Source of the DNA: a virus
Direction: 5' to 3' (one strand)
Length of the DNA stretch: 64,000 bases
IMG/VR virus record: IMGVR_UViG_3300020165_000009
In this document: piece by piece, positions 48,215-57,466 of the stretch
How positions within the stretch are numbered: position 1 is the first letter of the stretch
How the letters are laid out: every line of letters starts with the position of its first letter
The notes under the pieces: generated by a model
Database searches by the model: none
Seen by the model: only the letters and a program-made list of their open reading frames with translations
What the model was told of the DNA's origin: nothing
Translations under genes and position numbers: made by a program

Positions 48215-48838
48215 TTACGGTAACTTCACTAATAATTGCGAGAATGCGAATTCAAATTCTATTTCAATCTCACCAGCTTCTCGGTAATTATAGTTAATAC
48301 CACCAAGCGATACAGGAAATGCTTTTGTATAGTCAAATTGAACCATCGGTTTATCGAATTCATCAAGACCGTATATGGTAATAAGAGATTGATACAGCTC
48401 TGGTGGAGTAGAAGATCTATTCCTTTTTGTATCTGAAACACGAGATTCTGGCGATACTTTAACCGTGTTAGCAACATTACCCGCATCAAATACAGATTCC
48501 TTATCATCATTAAGGAGATCTAACCATTTGTATATAACCCAATAGTTTCTAAATTTACTATCAACAGTAAAGCTAACAGTTACATTTGCATAAGGAGGTC
48601 TTGTATTACTAGATATTTTATACGATTGACCGGCATAGGGTAGAATAACATCCGGTACTGTTACATCTGGCACAACAGCACCATATACAGAAAATTGTAA
48701 TGAATTTTCGTTAATCTTATTGTTGTCTGTAGCCCCGATGCTATTATCATTAATACCTCTAAGACCTTCAGGCAGGTTGATAACACATAGAAATTTATCT
48801 AACCTACTTTTATTTAACTGTGATTGCTGTACTGACAT
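48215..48838 (-). CDS. gp3: Tail tube terminator/sheath stabiliser (gp3-like)
   Basis: FTVDSKFRNYWVIYKWL, AFPVSLGG. Confidence 0.7.
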   Translation of the reverse strand: MSVQQSQLNKSRLDKFLCVINLPEGLRGINDNSIGATDNNKINENSLQFSVYGAVVPDVTVPDVILPYAGQSYKISSNTRPPYANVTVSFTVDSKFRNYWVIYKWLDLLNDDKESVFDAGNVANTVKVSPESRVSDTKRNRSSTPPELYQSLITIYGLDEFDKPMVQFDYTKAFPVSLGGINYNYREAGEIEIEFEFAFSQLLVKLP

Positions 48839-48839
48839 A

Positions 48840-50534
48840 TTATAAAGGTGTCCATCCCATCCCCATTAGTTGATCCAGGTCAGAGTCAGTATTTTGAGCA
48901 TTGCCTATTATAATAGGCGTTGTATCACTATAACCATCCTCTCTACCTTCACCACTATATATAGAGGTTGGGTTCATAAAATATTTAATCCCGAAGTCGA
49001 ATTGCTTAATCTTTAGAGGCTTGTTATTTTTATCAGTCTGTAGTACCTCAAAATATCTAGTTACTAATTCATCATCTAACATAATTAGGTTCCATAACAT
49101 GGCCATTACCTTATCATCATGATACCCGGCACCTTTTTTAGCTGCCCATGTACCGTTTGGATACCTTACAAAGTCCTTTAACTCCTTTACAGTATGTATA
49201 TCTTTTAAGTTAACTGCTTCGAGATCGTTGAGCCAGTATCTCATATTTGTAACTCCCTTCTGCTTTGTGTTAGTATGAGCAACAATACCTAATTGATTCT
49301 TCGCCCTACCAGCTGTAGATGCGCCCCATGATACAATATTATCATACTGATGGATCTTCTTTAAGTTATCGACGACTTGAGCTCCGCAATTATTTCTTTC
49401 AATACATGCCAGAGGACTTCCCCAGTGTTTTAGTATCTCGTGAACCTTCTCTGTAAAGTTAACTGGTGATATAGTATTAGAGGAGTATATAGCTACTTGG
49501 CGGATCTTAGTTAGATCAGAGTATTCGAAGATCTGTATAACTGAACTATCTGAACCTACCCCTTCAGCTGTATCTACACTCGCTATATATATACCATCCT
49601 TAATCGGCTCTTCCCAAAGCCGGTATTTACCCTCTTCAAATATAAATTTTGGATCTTCACATCCTGCCACCATACGGGCATATTGCTCTTCATTCAATGA
49701 ACTCTCGCCTAAGTCTAAGAACTCGCAGTTAAACTCCTGGTTAAAGGCTTCCATTGAGCCGATAGATGCGATTGTATCATCTTTCCATTTTTCATCTCGA
49801 CCAGGAATTTCATTCCATAAAATCTTATCACATGCCCAGTTAGATTCGCCTTTATCTGCTGCCTCGTATAATCTATGAAATAAGTTACCAGTACCATTAG
49901 CTGTCGATGCAACGAAGATCTTAGACTTCTTAGATGATGAAATAATAGGATATACTGATTTCCAGAACTCGTCGACGAGGTGAGGTTCAATAAAGGCAAG
50001 CTCGTCTAGTACAAGACAGTTTACGGATTGTCCACGAGCAGCTGTACCTGTCGTAGTAGATATACCGATTCGAGTACCGTTAGCAAATGTCACAGCAGTC
50101 TTACCGTACTCTTCAACACCAGGTTTAAGCCAGTTAGGGAGCTCCTCGTAAGCCATTCTTATACGCTGCATAATCTCAATAGCAGTCCCCTCCTTGTTTG
50201 CTACAACAAGTATCTTCTGGTCTCTATTAAAGCATGCTATCCATAACGCATAAATCGTCATCATTGTAGTCTTACCTATCTGACGCGACGCTAGTAATAT
50301 AAAGAACCTATTATCTCTCATCTTACGCAGAGCTCGTTTCTGAGCAGGGTGTAGTTTAATTTTCTGCTTACCGTCATCGAGTGAGATGATGTGAAAGAAA
50401 GTCTCAGCAAAGTATAGAAGGTTCTTAGATGCCTTCTTAAGCTGTTTAATCTGCACTGGTGAATATTCAAAAACCGACCCTTTACTGGGTAGATTAGGGT
50501 TATTCATATATATCTGTTTATTTTTGTCAACCAT
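48840..50534 (-). CDS. gp17: Terminase large subunit
   Basis: SRQIGKTT, LDELAF, STANG, FNQEFNCEF, VDTAEGVGSD, HDDKVMA. Confidence 0.95.
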   Translation of the reverse strand: MVDKNKQIYMNNPNLPSKGSVFEYSPVQIKQLKKASKNLLYFAETFFHIISLDDGKQKIKLHPAQKRALRKMRDNRFFILLASRQIGKTTMMTIYALWIACFNRDQKILVVANKEGTAIEIMQRIRMAYEELPNWLKPGVEEYGKTAVTFANGTRIGISTTTGTAARGQSVNCLVLDELAFIEPHLVDEFWKSVYPIISSSKKSKIFVASTANGTGNLFHRLYEAADKGESNWACDKILWNEIPGRDEKWKDDTIASIGSMEAFNQEFNCEFLDLGESSLNEEQYARMVAGCEDPKFIFEEGKYRLWEEPIKDGIYIASVDTAEGVGSDSSVIQIFEYSDLTKIRQVAIYSSNTISPVNFTEKVHEILKHWGSPLACIERNNCGAQVVDNLKKIHQYDNIVSWGASTAGRAKNQLGIVAHTNTKQKGVTNMRYWLNDLEAVNLKDIHTVKELKDFVRYPNGTWAAKKGAGYHDDKVMAMLWNLIMLDDELVTRYFEVLQTDKNNKPLKIKQFDFGIKYFMNPTSIYSGEGREDGYSDTTPIIIGNAQNTDSDLDQLMGMGWTPL

Positions 50535-50549
50535 CTATTAAATATTTAC

Positions 50550-51461
50550 ATGTCAAAACATAAAAATCTAACTGAAATTTGGGATGTCTATAAAGACTCC
50601 CTAATTAAAGAGTCAAAAGATAGTCGTAAAAAGGCTGCCGCCACCGGATGCATGCAAGGTGGTCTTAAGAATTTCGGCACTAAGGCAGGCCCTGGTCCAG
50701 TTGATGCCGATAGTAAGCAAGCTCATGATATTCAAAACAAGATGACATCAGACATCGCGGAGATCGACGGTTTCGAGCCAGCCATAGATCCGAAGAAGAT
50801 GAAAAAGAAGGATAAGAAGGGTAACCTATATACACCGGGTAAGTTTTCTGCTGAACAATTTGACGAAAAGCTTGCAAAAAGGTACAAGGTAGATATAAAT
50901 AATAATATGAAGTCAACATTTGATAAACTATTTGAAGAAGTAATGGGCGATGATACTGAGCTAGATGCTCTTGGTATTGAAGTGGATGAGGTAGAAGATA
51001 CCGCTGAAGGTGAAGATACTGGTGACATTACCATTACAATCGACCGTGATATGGCTGAAGGCCTTTGCGAATTACTCCAAGCTGCTATGGGTGATGAATC
51101 CGAAGATGCAGATGCAGATGCAGAGGATTATGAGGAAATGGAAGAGTGCGACGAAGATGAAGATGACACAATGGACGAAGCTGTTGATGCTGAAGACCAT
51201 GGTCACCCTCTTGTAAATCTTAAGGGTGGTCAACCAACTAAGATTAGTGCTGGATCAAATAGAGTTAAATCTACAGTAACTGGTAAAACAGCTGGTGGTA
51301 AAGCAGATGCTAAAGTTAAGAAGCAACAAGGTGTTGCAGATGAAGATCTTGGCGAGCCACTTGTAAATCAGAAGAAGGGTGACGCTACTAAGATTGCTGC
51401 TGGATCAAATAAGGTACACGCAACTAAGGCTAATAAGCCTGGTGAGTCACTATTCGCTTAA
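50550..51461 (+). CDS. Acidic late protein (probable internal head/core protein) with nested in-frame start at 50907
   Basis: D/E-rich centre, duplicated C-terminal 28-aa unit, two TAAATA-N5-ATG sites. Confidence 0.55.
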   Translation: MSKHKNLTEIWDVYKDSLIKESKDSRKKAAATGCMQGGLKNFGTKAGPGPVDADSKQAHDIQNKMTSDIAEIDGFEPAIDPKKMKKKDKKGNLYTPGKFSAEQFDEKLAKRYKVDINNNMKSTFDKLFEEVMGDDTELDALGIEVDEVEDTAEGEDTGDITITIDRDMAEGLCELLQAAMGDESEDADADAEDYEEMEECDEDEDDTMDEAVDAEDHGHPLVNLKGGQPTKISAGSNRVKSTVTGKTAGGKADAKVKKQQGVADEDLGEPLVNQKKGDATKIAAGSNKVHATKANKPGESLFA

Positions 51462-51485
51462 TATCAAATAAAAAAAACTTAGACT

Positions 51486-51520
51486 AAAAAAGGCTGTAAC
51501 TTAGGTTACAGCTTTTTTTT
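51486..51520. terminator. Bidirectional terminator
   Basis: A6-GGCTGTAAC-TTAG-GTTACAGC-T8. Confidence 0.85.
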
Positions 51521-51534
51521 GTATAAATATAAAT

Positions 51535-51852
51535 ATGAACAGCTTTGCTACCTTCTTCTCCAATCGTGGACCAAGACATAGAGGTCATGGATTCACAGAT
51601 ACGCATCACTCGTATAGAAGAAAGAAACTCAACCTAGTACCTGATGCATACAAGAAGGACCTTGCAAAGAATCAAAATATCGAGAGATTAAAAGAACATC
51701 CTGGTACATGCGTATGTAATAATAAAGATTTAGAATATATTAGAGATACATACGGTATCGTGCCGCATAAGGACAAGGAACAAAAGCTGGGTAAGACTGG
51801 TATTATTATCTCTTACAATCCGCAAAACAACACATTCGTATTAAAAAAGTAA
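51535..51852 (+). CDS. Late hypothetical protein
   Basis: TATAAATA promoter; MNSFATFF leader. Confidence 0.55.
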   Translation: MNSFATFFSNRGPRHRGHGFTDTHHSYRRKKLNLVPDAYKKDLAKNQNIERLKEHPGTCVCNNKDLEYIRDTYGIVPHKDKEQKLGKTGIIISYNPQNNTFVLKK

Positions 51853-52734
51853 ATGAGCGTCGATTATAACAATAACCCATTCCCTGGATTGGTTCAGAAT
51901 GATCAAACATGTTGGAGATTTACTGATAAGTCGAACCAAGAAAGTGAACGTATTCTATTTGATAACTGGTGGCGAGAGCTGATTAATCAGTTTGGTGTCA
52001 AGACTACCTACTATGTAAATACTTTCAATACATTATCAGCTGATAATCTATACGGTGAGCAACCTACGAAGAGATTTGCGCCACCTGTTAAGTTTGTAAT
52101 GGGTATAAACTTAAACGATAACGCTATAACTTTAAGTCAGTTCGGCTTTCTTAGTGATGATGAGGTTACAGGCTTTATACATATTGAGTCCTTCGAAGCT
52201 GCATTCAGCTCTTTAACGGCCGAAGGGTTATGGGGTACTCAGAATGACATAATTGAGCCGAAAGCTGGTGACATCTTCCAACTCTCTGAATTTGGTGAAG
52301 ATAGGCCATCCAGTAGACAGCCTAAGTATTTTGAAATAACAGAAAAGCTAGATGAGGATATCACTCAAATAAATCCACTGGCCGGTCATTACGTGTTCTT
52401 AGTAAAAGCTAAACGTTACGATTACAGCTTCGAGCCTGGTATACCTTTTACATCTATAGGGCCGGAGTTCTTAATAACGCAACAAGGGGAGCAGGTTGGG
52501 GGCGATCCTTTATTCGTCGGGGACCATCCGGGTGATGATACCCTAAGCGTCGGCTTCTCCGGTAATGATCAGATCTACGAAGATTCTTTTGCTGGTAGAC
52601 TATCAGGTGGTGAGAATCCAGAGTCGCTGCCTAAGCAAGTTAATTACGATGAATACGATGTTGATTCATTTAGTAAGGAGCAAGTATTCGATATGTCAGA
52701 AAACGATACAGACGTGTATGGTGAATATTACTAG
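51853..52734 (+). CDS. gp14: Neck protein (gp14-like)
   Basis: ELINQFG, LYGE, SQFGF..DDE, PKAGDI, FEI. Confidence 0.75.
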   Translation: MSVDYNNNPFPGLVQNDQTCWRFTDKSNQESERILFDNWWRELINQFGVKTTYYVNTFNTLSADNLYGEQPTKRFAPPVKFVMGINLNDNAITLSQFGFLSDDEVTGFIHIESFEAAFSSLTAEGLWGTQNDIIEPKAGDIFQLSEFGEDRPSSRQPKYFEITEKLDEDITQINPLAGHYVFLVKAKRYDYSFEPGIPFTSIGPEFLITQQGEQVGGDPLFVGDHPGDDTLSVGFSGNDQIYEDSFAGRLSGGENPESLPKQVNYDEYDVDSFSKEQVFDMSENDTDVYGEYY

Positions 52735-52946
52735 ATAACGAAGTTCGATAAAAACGCATCAGCCTCTTTCGTTGAGGCAAAAGTAATTTCCTTTCGACCA
52801 TCGCCAGCATCGAATACATATATAAAGCTCTTGTCTTCGCCTCTGCTAGGTTTAATATTAAGCAACTTGTAACGGGTGCCTCTCTTAAAGAACTTACCGT
52901 ATCTAGTTGTATTATTGAGAAATGTACTACCAGGAATATGTTGCAT
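52731..52946 (-). CDS. Hypothetical protein
   Basis: Packed ORF. Confidence 0.5.
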   Translation of the reverse strand: MQHIPGSTFLNNTTRYGKFFKRGTRYKLLNIKPSRGEDKSFIYVFDAGDGRKEITFASTKEADAFLSNFVI

Positions 52947-53196
52947 CTTCTCTACCTTCTAATACTCCTCTTTTAATATTAAACTTCATATCCTCATATC
53001 TCTCATCGATATACTTCTGGAAGACCATAGGCTTAATCCATTTATTATTCTTATCTGGATCCATACCTAACCTCTCTGCAGCTTCTGCCGCCACATTCAC
53101 GCCAACCATTAGGCATGCAAATCTAGCTAAATAATCTATATCGTTTTCCGCTAGAACTTCGTTACCTCTGCCTTTAATTACTTTGTTTTTCTTCAT
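52927..53196 (-). CDS. Hypothetical protein
   Basis: ATG 6 nt behind promoter 53202-53217. Confidence 0.6.
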   Translation of the reverse strand: MKKNKVIKGRGNEVLAENDIDYLARFACLMVGVNVAAEAAERLGMDPDKNNKWIKPMVFQKYIDERYEDMKFNIKRGVLEGREDATYSW

Positions 53197-53201
53197 ACGT
53201 A

Positions 53202-53217
53202 ATTATATCGATGTTCC
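53202..53217 (-). promoter_or_regulatory. GGAAC-N5-TATAAT promoter
   Basis: GGAACATCGATATAAT. Confidence 0.7.
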
Positions 53218-53221
53218 TCTT

Positions 53222-53608
53222 TTAAAGTGATTTAAGGAGAGCACCTACCATAAAGTGCTTTATGTCTTTTCTCTCAATTGACAGTTCTAATATGGAAACA
53301 ATAGTATTAAGCTGCTTCCGGAGGCCATCCTTAAACTTGTCATTAGATATTCTCGTTGTATTTTCACTATCTTTTGCTAAGTTCAGATTATCAATCTCTT
53401 CAAGTAGGAATGACCTTATAAGCGCGAGTGAGTCGCTTTTAACGTTACCTTGCTTAGCACATCCACGTAGCACTTCATCACCTAATTCTCGGCTAATGCT
53501 TGATACTATACCAGCGATTATATCGTCACGGTCTAGAGCTTTTTCTGATTTAAGCTGCTCGAACGCTGTTGGGCTAATTTCTGTAGTTATTTCTTCAAGC
53601 TTATTCAT
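53222..53608 (-). CDS. Hypothetical protein
   Basis: Coupled ORF. Confidence 0.55.
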   Translation of the reverse strand: MNKLEEITTEISPTAFEQLKSEKALDRDDIIAGIVSSISRELGDEVLRGCAKQGNVKSDSLALIRSFLLEEIDNLNLAKDSENTTRISNDKFKDGLRKQLNTIVSILELSIERKDIKHFMVGALLKSL

Positions 53609-53991
53609 TATCTTTCAAAGTATATCGGGTCAGTTGTTACGGCGGTACCTATACCAGCAGTGCATTTAATATTTTTCTTGCACTTACTACACTCAACAAC
53701 ATTTACCTCATCAAATCTATAATCTACGGTTAGTTCAGTTCTCTCATCACAAGGACATGCTATAGTAATAACATTCCTATTAGCTTCCTTTATCTGATTA
53801 GTTTTAACATCTTCAAACTCTCTGATAACTCTATTACTGTATATTTGTGAAAAAAATGATGATATAATAATCTGTCCCAATGTCGTGAGACCGAACACGG
53901 ACCAGAAGTACTCAGCAAAAATCGAAGCGAATATAAAGCTAACTAATGCTGTTACAGTTAACGATCTAAATAATTTATATAGGTTACTCAT
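53608..53991 (-). CDS. 2-TM protein with C-terminal zinc ribbon
   Basis: Two hydrophobic helices; CPC...CSKC. Confidence 0.55.
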   Translation of the reverse strand: MSNLYKLFRSLTVTALVSFIFASIFAEYFWSVFGLTTLGQIIISSFFSQIYSNRVIREFEDVKTNQIKEANRNVITIACPCDERTELTVDYRFDEVNVVECSKCKKNIKCTAGIGTAVTTDPIYFER

Positions 53992-54352
53992 CTCCCTTTA
54001 TTATAGCTAACTTACCGTCAAAATCCACTAGCTTTTTTGCTATATTCTGGAGTAACTCGTTTAGACTATCAATGTGCTTTACTTTCTTAGAGAGTACAGG
54101 GTTGAGCTTAGCTATATCGAGCATTTTAGATAGGTTAGATAGGTCGACAAATACATCTGCCATGGAAGTTTCTATAGCCTCTAACGGGTAAGGTACTCCG
54201 TTCATGGTCGGCGGTATTTCATTCCGCTGCTGTAGATAGTCTGCTGTCGTCATACCACCAGGGGTACCTGGATTTTTTGCACCCGGTCCTATGCCAGATA
54301 CTTGGCGGTCAGTATCTGGTTTTTGTTGGTCTTCAAATAATCTACGCTTCAT
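53984..54352 (-). CDS. Late hypothetical protein
   Basis: TAAATA-N5-ATG. Confidence 0.55.
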   Translation of the reverse strand: MKRRLFEDQQKPDTDRQVSGIGPGAKNPGTPGGMTTADYLQQRNEIPPTMNGVPYPLEAIETSMADVFVDLSNLSKMLDIAKLNPVLSKKVKHIDSLNELLQNIAKKLVDFDGKLAIIKGDE

Positions 54353-54386
54353 GTATATATTTAAGCTTTGGACTATAAATATAAAT

Positions 54387-54803
54387 ATGGCAAATAAATA
54401 CTATAACCGATTTACTAAGGTTCTCCGGGAGCAGGATGAAGATCCAGCGTTAACAGACGCAGAGGCTTTAGACGCTGAGCTTAGTGACATCACATCTGAC
54501 GAGCTAGGCGCAGATCTACCAGATAATGCTTCAGGTTCTCCCTTGAATAACCAGCAAAAGCAGATGTATGATGAGTTGAATAGCTGGATCTCTAAGATGG
54601 ATGAATTTGCATCTTACTTAAATGGCACAGACGACAGTATACAAACTACTCTTAACTCGGCAGAACCAGATACTATTTTCGATAGTATCAGTAATTCTGA
54701 AACAAAGAAGATTGCTAGAGTTGCTATGGAGGTAATGTCCTTAAGTGAAATTCTCAAGGGTTATCTTGCTGGTGCAAATGATCCTAAGTATAGATTTAAC
54801 TAA
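54387..54803 (+). CDS. Late acidic protein (probable internal head protein)
   Basis: TATAAATA-N5-ATG at 54387; leader ends VLRE. Confidence 0.55.
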   Translation: MANKYYNRFTKVLREQDEDPALTDAEALDAELSDITSDELGADLPDNASGSPLNNQQKQMYDELNSWISKMDEFASYLNGTDDSIQTTLNSAEPDTIFDSISNSETKKIARVAMEVMSLSEILKGYLAGANDPKYRFN

Positions 54804-54810
54804 TAAGCCG

Positions 54811-55485
54811 ATGCATAACAAGACCGATATTGATTTAATTTTTGAGAGCTACTCTAAGACTAAGCAAATTGCGCCTGATTTTGATGCCATGTTTAATAAG
54901 GTGTATGACAGGTTACCAGAGTCACAGGATGAGTCAGACTCATTTCTGTTCGATGTACTCGATGCTGAAGCTAGTAACGGTGTCAGTAAGGCAGAGCTGA
55001 TCAGTAAGTATGGTGAGGATGCTGTTGCAACATATGAGAGATTTGGAGAGCAAAACGATCTTTTTGAAGGCCCGTTTGAAGATGCCGAAGGTGACGATTT
55101 TCTTTCTCTTCAAAAAGGCCAAAAAGTTTATGTTACTCTTACCGATGGTAGTGAATTACAAGGAGTGCTTGATTTCGATGGCTTTGATCTAGCACGCTCT
55201 AATATGTTTACAATTGACGGTGGTGAAGAGATCGGCGTCGAGTACATTTCTGACGTCGGTCCTGTATCAACAGAAGACGCGGAGGAATATGAAAGTAATG
55301 TCTATGAGAAACTACAAGCGTTTATGGAGTATCATCCCGAAACAGTAGAATACTTGAGCTCACTTCTTAATGAGATCGAAGCCATTATGACTGACATTAA
55401 TGCTCTTGAAGCACCAGATCAGAAGATAGATGCAGTTGATCTAGGCATACATCTTGATAGATTATCTCCATTTACTAACATTTAA
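54811..55485 (+). CDS. Acidic protein with NKTDIDLIFESY leader
   Basis: Leader shared with the next two genes; start reassigned. Confidence 0.6.
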   Translation: MHNKTDIDLIFESYSKTKQIAPDFDAMFNKVYDRLPESQDESDSFLFDVLDAEASNGVSKAELISKYGEDAVATYERFGEQNDLFEGPFEDAEGDDFLSLQKGQKVYVTLTDGSELQGVLDFDGFDLARSNMFTIDGGEEIGVEYISDVGPVSTEDAEEYESNVYEKLQAFMEYHPETVEYLSSLLNEIEAIMTDINALEAPDQKIDAVDLGIHLDRLSPFTNI

Positions 55486-55489
55486 AAAT

Positions 55490-55798
55490 ATGAAAAACAA
55501 CACAGATATCAATTTAATATTTGAGAGCTATATCAAAAATAAAGCTCTAACCGAAGACAATGATCAATATGCACCTGATCCAATGGAAGATCCAACTAGA
55601 GATGGTGAGGGTGATGTTGTGTATATCGTCCAATCAAATGCAGAACACGAAGATACTGACACACATGGTGTTTTTACTGATTTTGAAACAGCTAAGAAGC
55701 ATGCAGCGGAGGTTGAATTAGTACCTGGGTTTTGGGTTGGTATAATGGAAATGCCGCTTAATGCACCAAACGCTGAAGGTAAGTATCATAGACTCTAG
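55490..55798 (+). CDS. Acidic protein with MKNNTDINLIFESY leader
   Basis: First 89 bp duplicated in next gene; start reassigned. Confidence 0.65.
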   Translation: MKNNTDINLIFESYIKNKALTEDNDQYAPDPMEDPTRDGEGDVVYIVQSNAEHEDTDTHGVFTDFETAKKHAAEVELVPGFWVGIMEMPLNAPNAEGKYHRL

Positions 55799-55915
55799 TA
55801 GCTACTAGATAATATTTAATAATAATATGAAAAACAAAACAGATATCAATTTAATATTTGAGAGCTATATCAAAAATAAAGCTCTAACCGAAGACAATGA
55901 TCAATATGCACCTGA
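55490..55915 (+). repeat. 89-bp direct repeat (55490-55578 and 55827-55915, 1 mismatch)
   Basis: Direct sequence comparison. Confidence 0.95.
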
Positions 55916-56138
55916 AGATGCTCCTGAAGATGATCAATTTGGAGAAATTGAACCAGAAGAAGATGAGTCAGTAGGGGAATTCGACGAGTTTATCGAAAAG
56001 GCTGAGAAGTTCGTCGACGCTATTGGAGATGATGAGTTAGAATTCTTATCGACTCTACGTAAAGATCAATTTGAACTATTAATGGAGGTTGTCAGTGACC
56101 AGGTCGGTTACCGAGATAGAACAGATTATCATAACTAA
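55827..56138 (+). CDS. Acidic protein with MKNKTDINLIFESY leader
   Basis: Same duplicated leader. Confidence 0.65.
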   Translation: MKNKTDINLIFESYIKNKALTEDNDQYAPEDAPEDDQFGEIEPEEDESVGEFDEFIEKAEKFVDAIGDDELEFLSTLRKDQFELLMEVVSDQVGYRDRTDYHN

Positions 56139-57172
56139 CTATTCTTAATTGCAGTTAATAGTAATTTAGCTTTAAGACCTGAATGAGTATTTTTTAATAT
56201 GAATTCAGGTTTTATTTTGTCTCTATTACCTGCCACGCATATATCATTAAAGTCTTTAAACTTTCTCAACTCCTTTGGCCATATAAAGACTCTTTCGTTA
56301 TTATCAGCGAGTATGATACTCTTATTAAGCGCTGCAGTATCTATGTATTGATTATCTAGTACGAATACCTTATCGTGTAGATACAAACTATTAATTTGTT
56401 GCTGTTGTAGGGCAGTAAATACTTTTGAACCTCTCTCCGTAATACCGCATGTAGCTAGACCATTCTGTACGAAGTAACTGTCAATAGGCCCCTCAAATAT
56501 AAACACAGCATCGAGATCAGCACTAACGTTCTGTATACCATACAACGTCTTCTCAGCACCTACCTTAGATAGATACTTTGGCCTGTCTCGCAAGTCTTTG
56601 TTATCTAATCCTCTCGTCTGATAGAAGACTATATTATTATTACTATCATAGAACGGTAACACCAATCTATTTTTATGAACAGGATCAGTAAGAGATATAT
56701 AAAATGTCTTAGGGCTATTGACGCCTTTATCTAGTTTACGTGTCTTGATACAATGTAGAGCCATTCTAACAAACGGGTTATCTTTATAGTACTCGACCTG
56801 ACTCTCATCAGTTAAATTAATGCAGTCTTTAGGTAGACTCTCAGTCTTAATTACCTGTTCAGGCTTCTCCTGCTTCGGAGCTTCGAGAGATATCTCGGTA
56901 TCGAAGTCTTTTATCTCAGAGATAATAACCTGTAAAGGTTTGTTAGCTATCTCTGAGATAAAAGCGATAGGCTTCTTACTATAGCCACAGTTATGGCAGT
57001 AAGCGACTTCTTTATCGACAATATAATAGAATCGTTTCTTTCTACCCCATGAATCACCTTCACGACAAATAGGGCAGCATCCATTATATGTCTTATTAAA
57101 TTTATTATACGAGATCTTATATATATTCTCGTAAAGAAATTGAATTATATACTGTTCAGGTATGGGTATCAT
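56135..57172 (-). CDS. gp61: DNA primase
   Basis: CPIC..CHNC Zn finger, FIFEGPIDS, VLDN, KDFND toprim motifs. Confidence 0.92.
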   Translation of the reverse strand: MIPIPEQYIIQFLYENIYKISYNKFNKTYNGCCPICREGDSWGRKKRFYYIVDKEVAYCHNCGYSKKPIAFISEIANKPLQVIISEIKDFDTEISLEAPKQEKPEQVIKTESLPKDCINLTDESQVEYYKDNPFVRMALHCIKTRKLDKGVNSPKTFYISLTDPVHKNRLVLPFYDSNNNIVFYQTRGLDNKDLRDRPKYLSKVGAEKTLYGIQNVSADLDAVFIFEGPIDSYFVQNGLATCGITERGSKVFTALQQQQINSLYLHDKVFVLDNQYIDTAALNKSIILADNNERVFIWPKELRKFKDFNDICVAGNRDKIKPEFILKNTHSGLKAKLLLTAIKNS

Positions 57173-57197
57173 CTACCTGATTATAGTATATAGTTTA

Positions 57198-57458
57198 CTA
57201 AGATCTACTCTGAGTTGTATTTGATGCAACTGCATGTACTGTTTGCCAATCAACAAGAGTCTCTCCAGTCTCTTTAGACTTAATAGAGGTTATGCCCTTT
57301 TTAATTATATGCCCAGTTACTGGGTCTGTAAAAATTGCCTGTTCATAGGTATTACCACCCTGGTCATATTGACTAATAACCGGGCGCGCTGTTTCTCCGG
57401 AGTATGGGCTTCTTACTTGCATCGGGTTAACGAAGTCGTTTGGATTATAATCATTCAT
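57198..57458 (-). CDS. Hypothetical late protein
   Basis: TAAATA-N5-ATG. Confidence 0.55.
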   Translation of the reverse strand: MNDYNPNDFVNPMQVRSPYSGETARPVISQYDQGGNTYEQAIFTDPVTGHIIKKGITSIKSKETGETLVDWQTVHAVASNTTQSRS

Positions 57459-57466
57459 ATATTTAT

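Noticed and set aside
45767-50534. Introns, inteins or homing endonucleases in sheath or terminase
   Set aside because: Continuous ORFs without splice or endonuclease motifs
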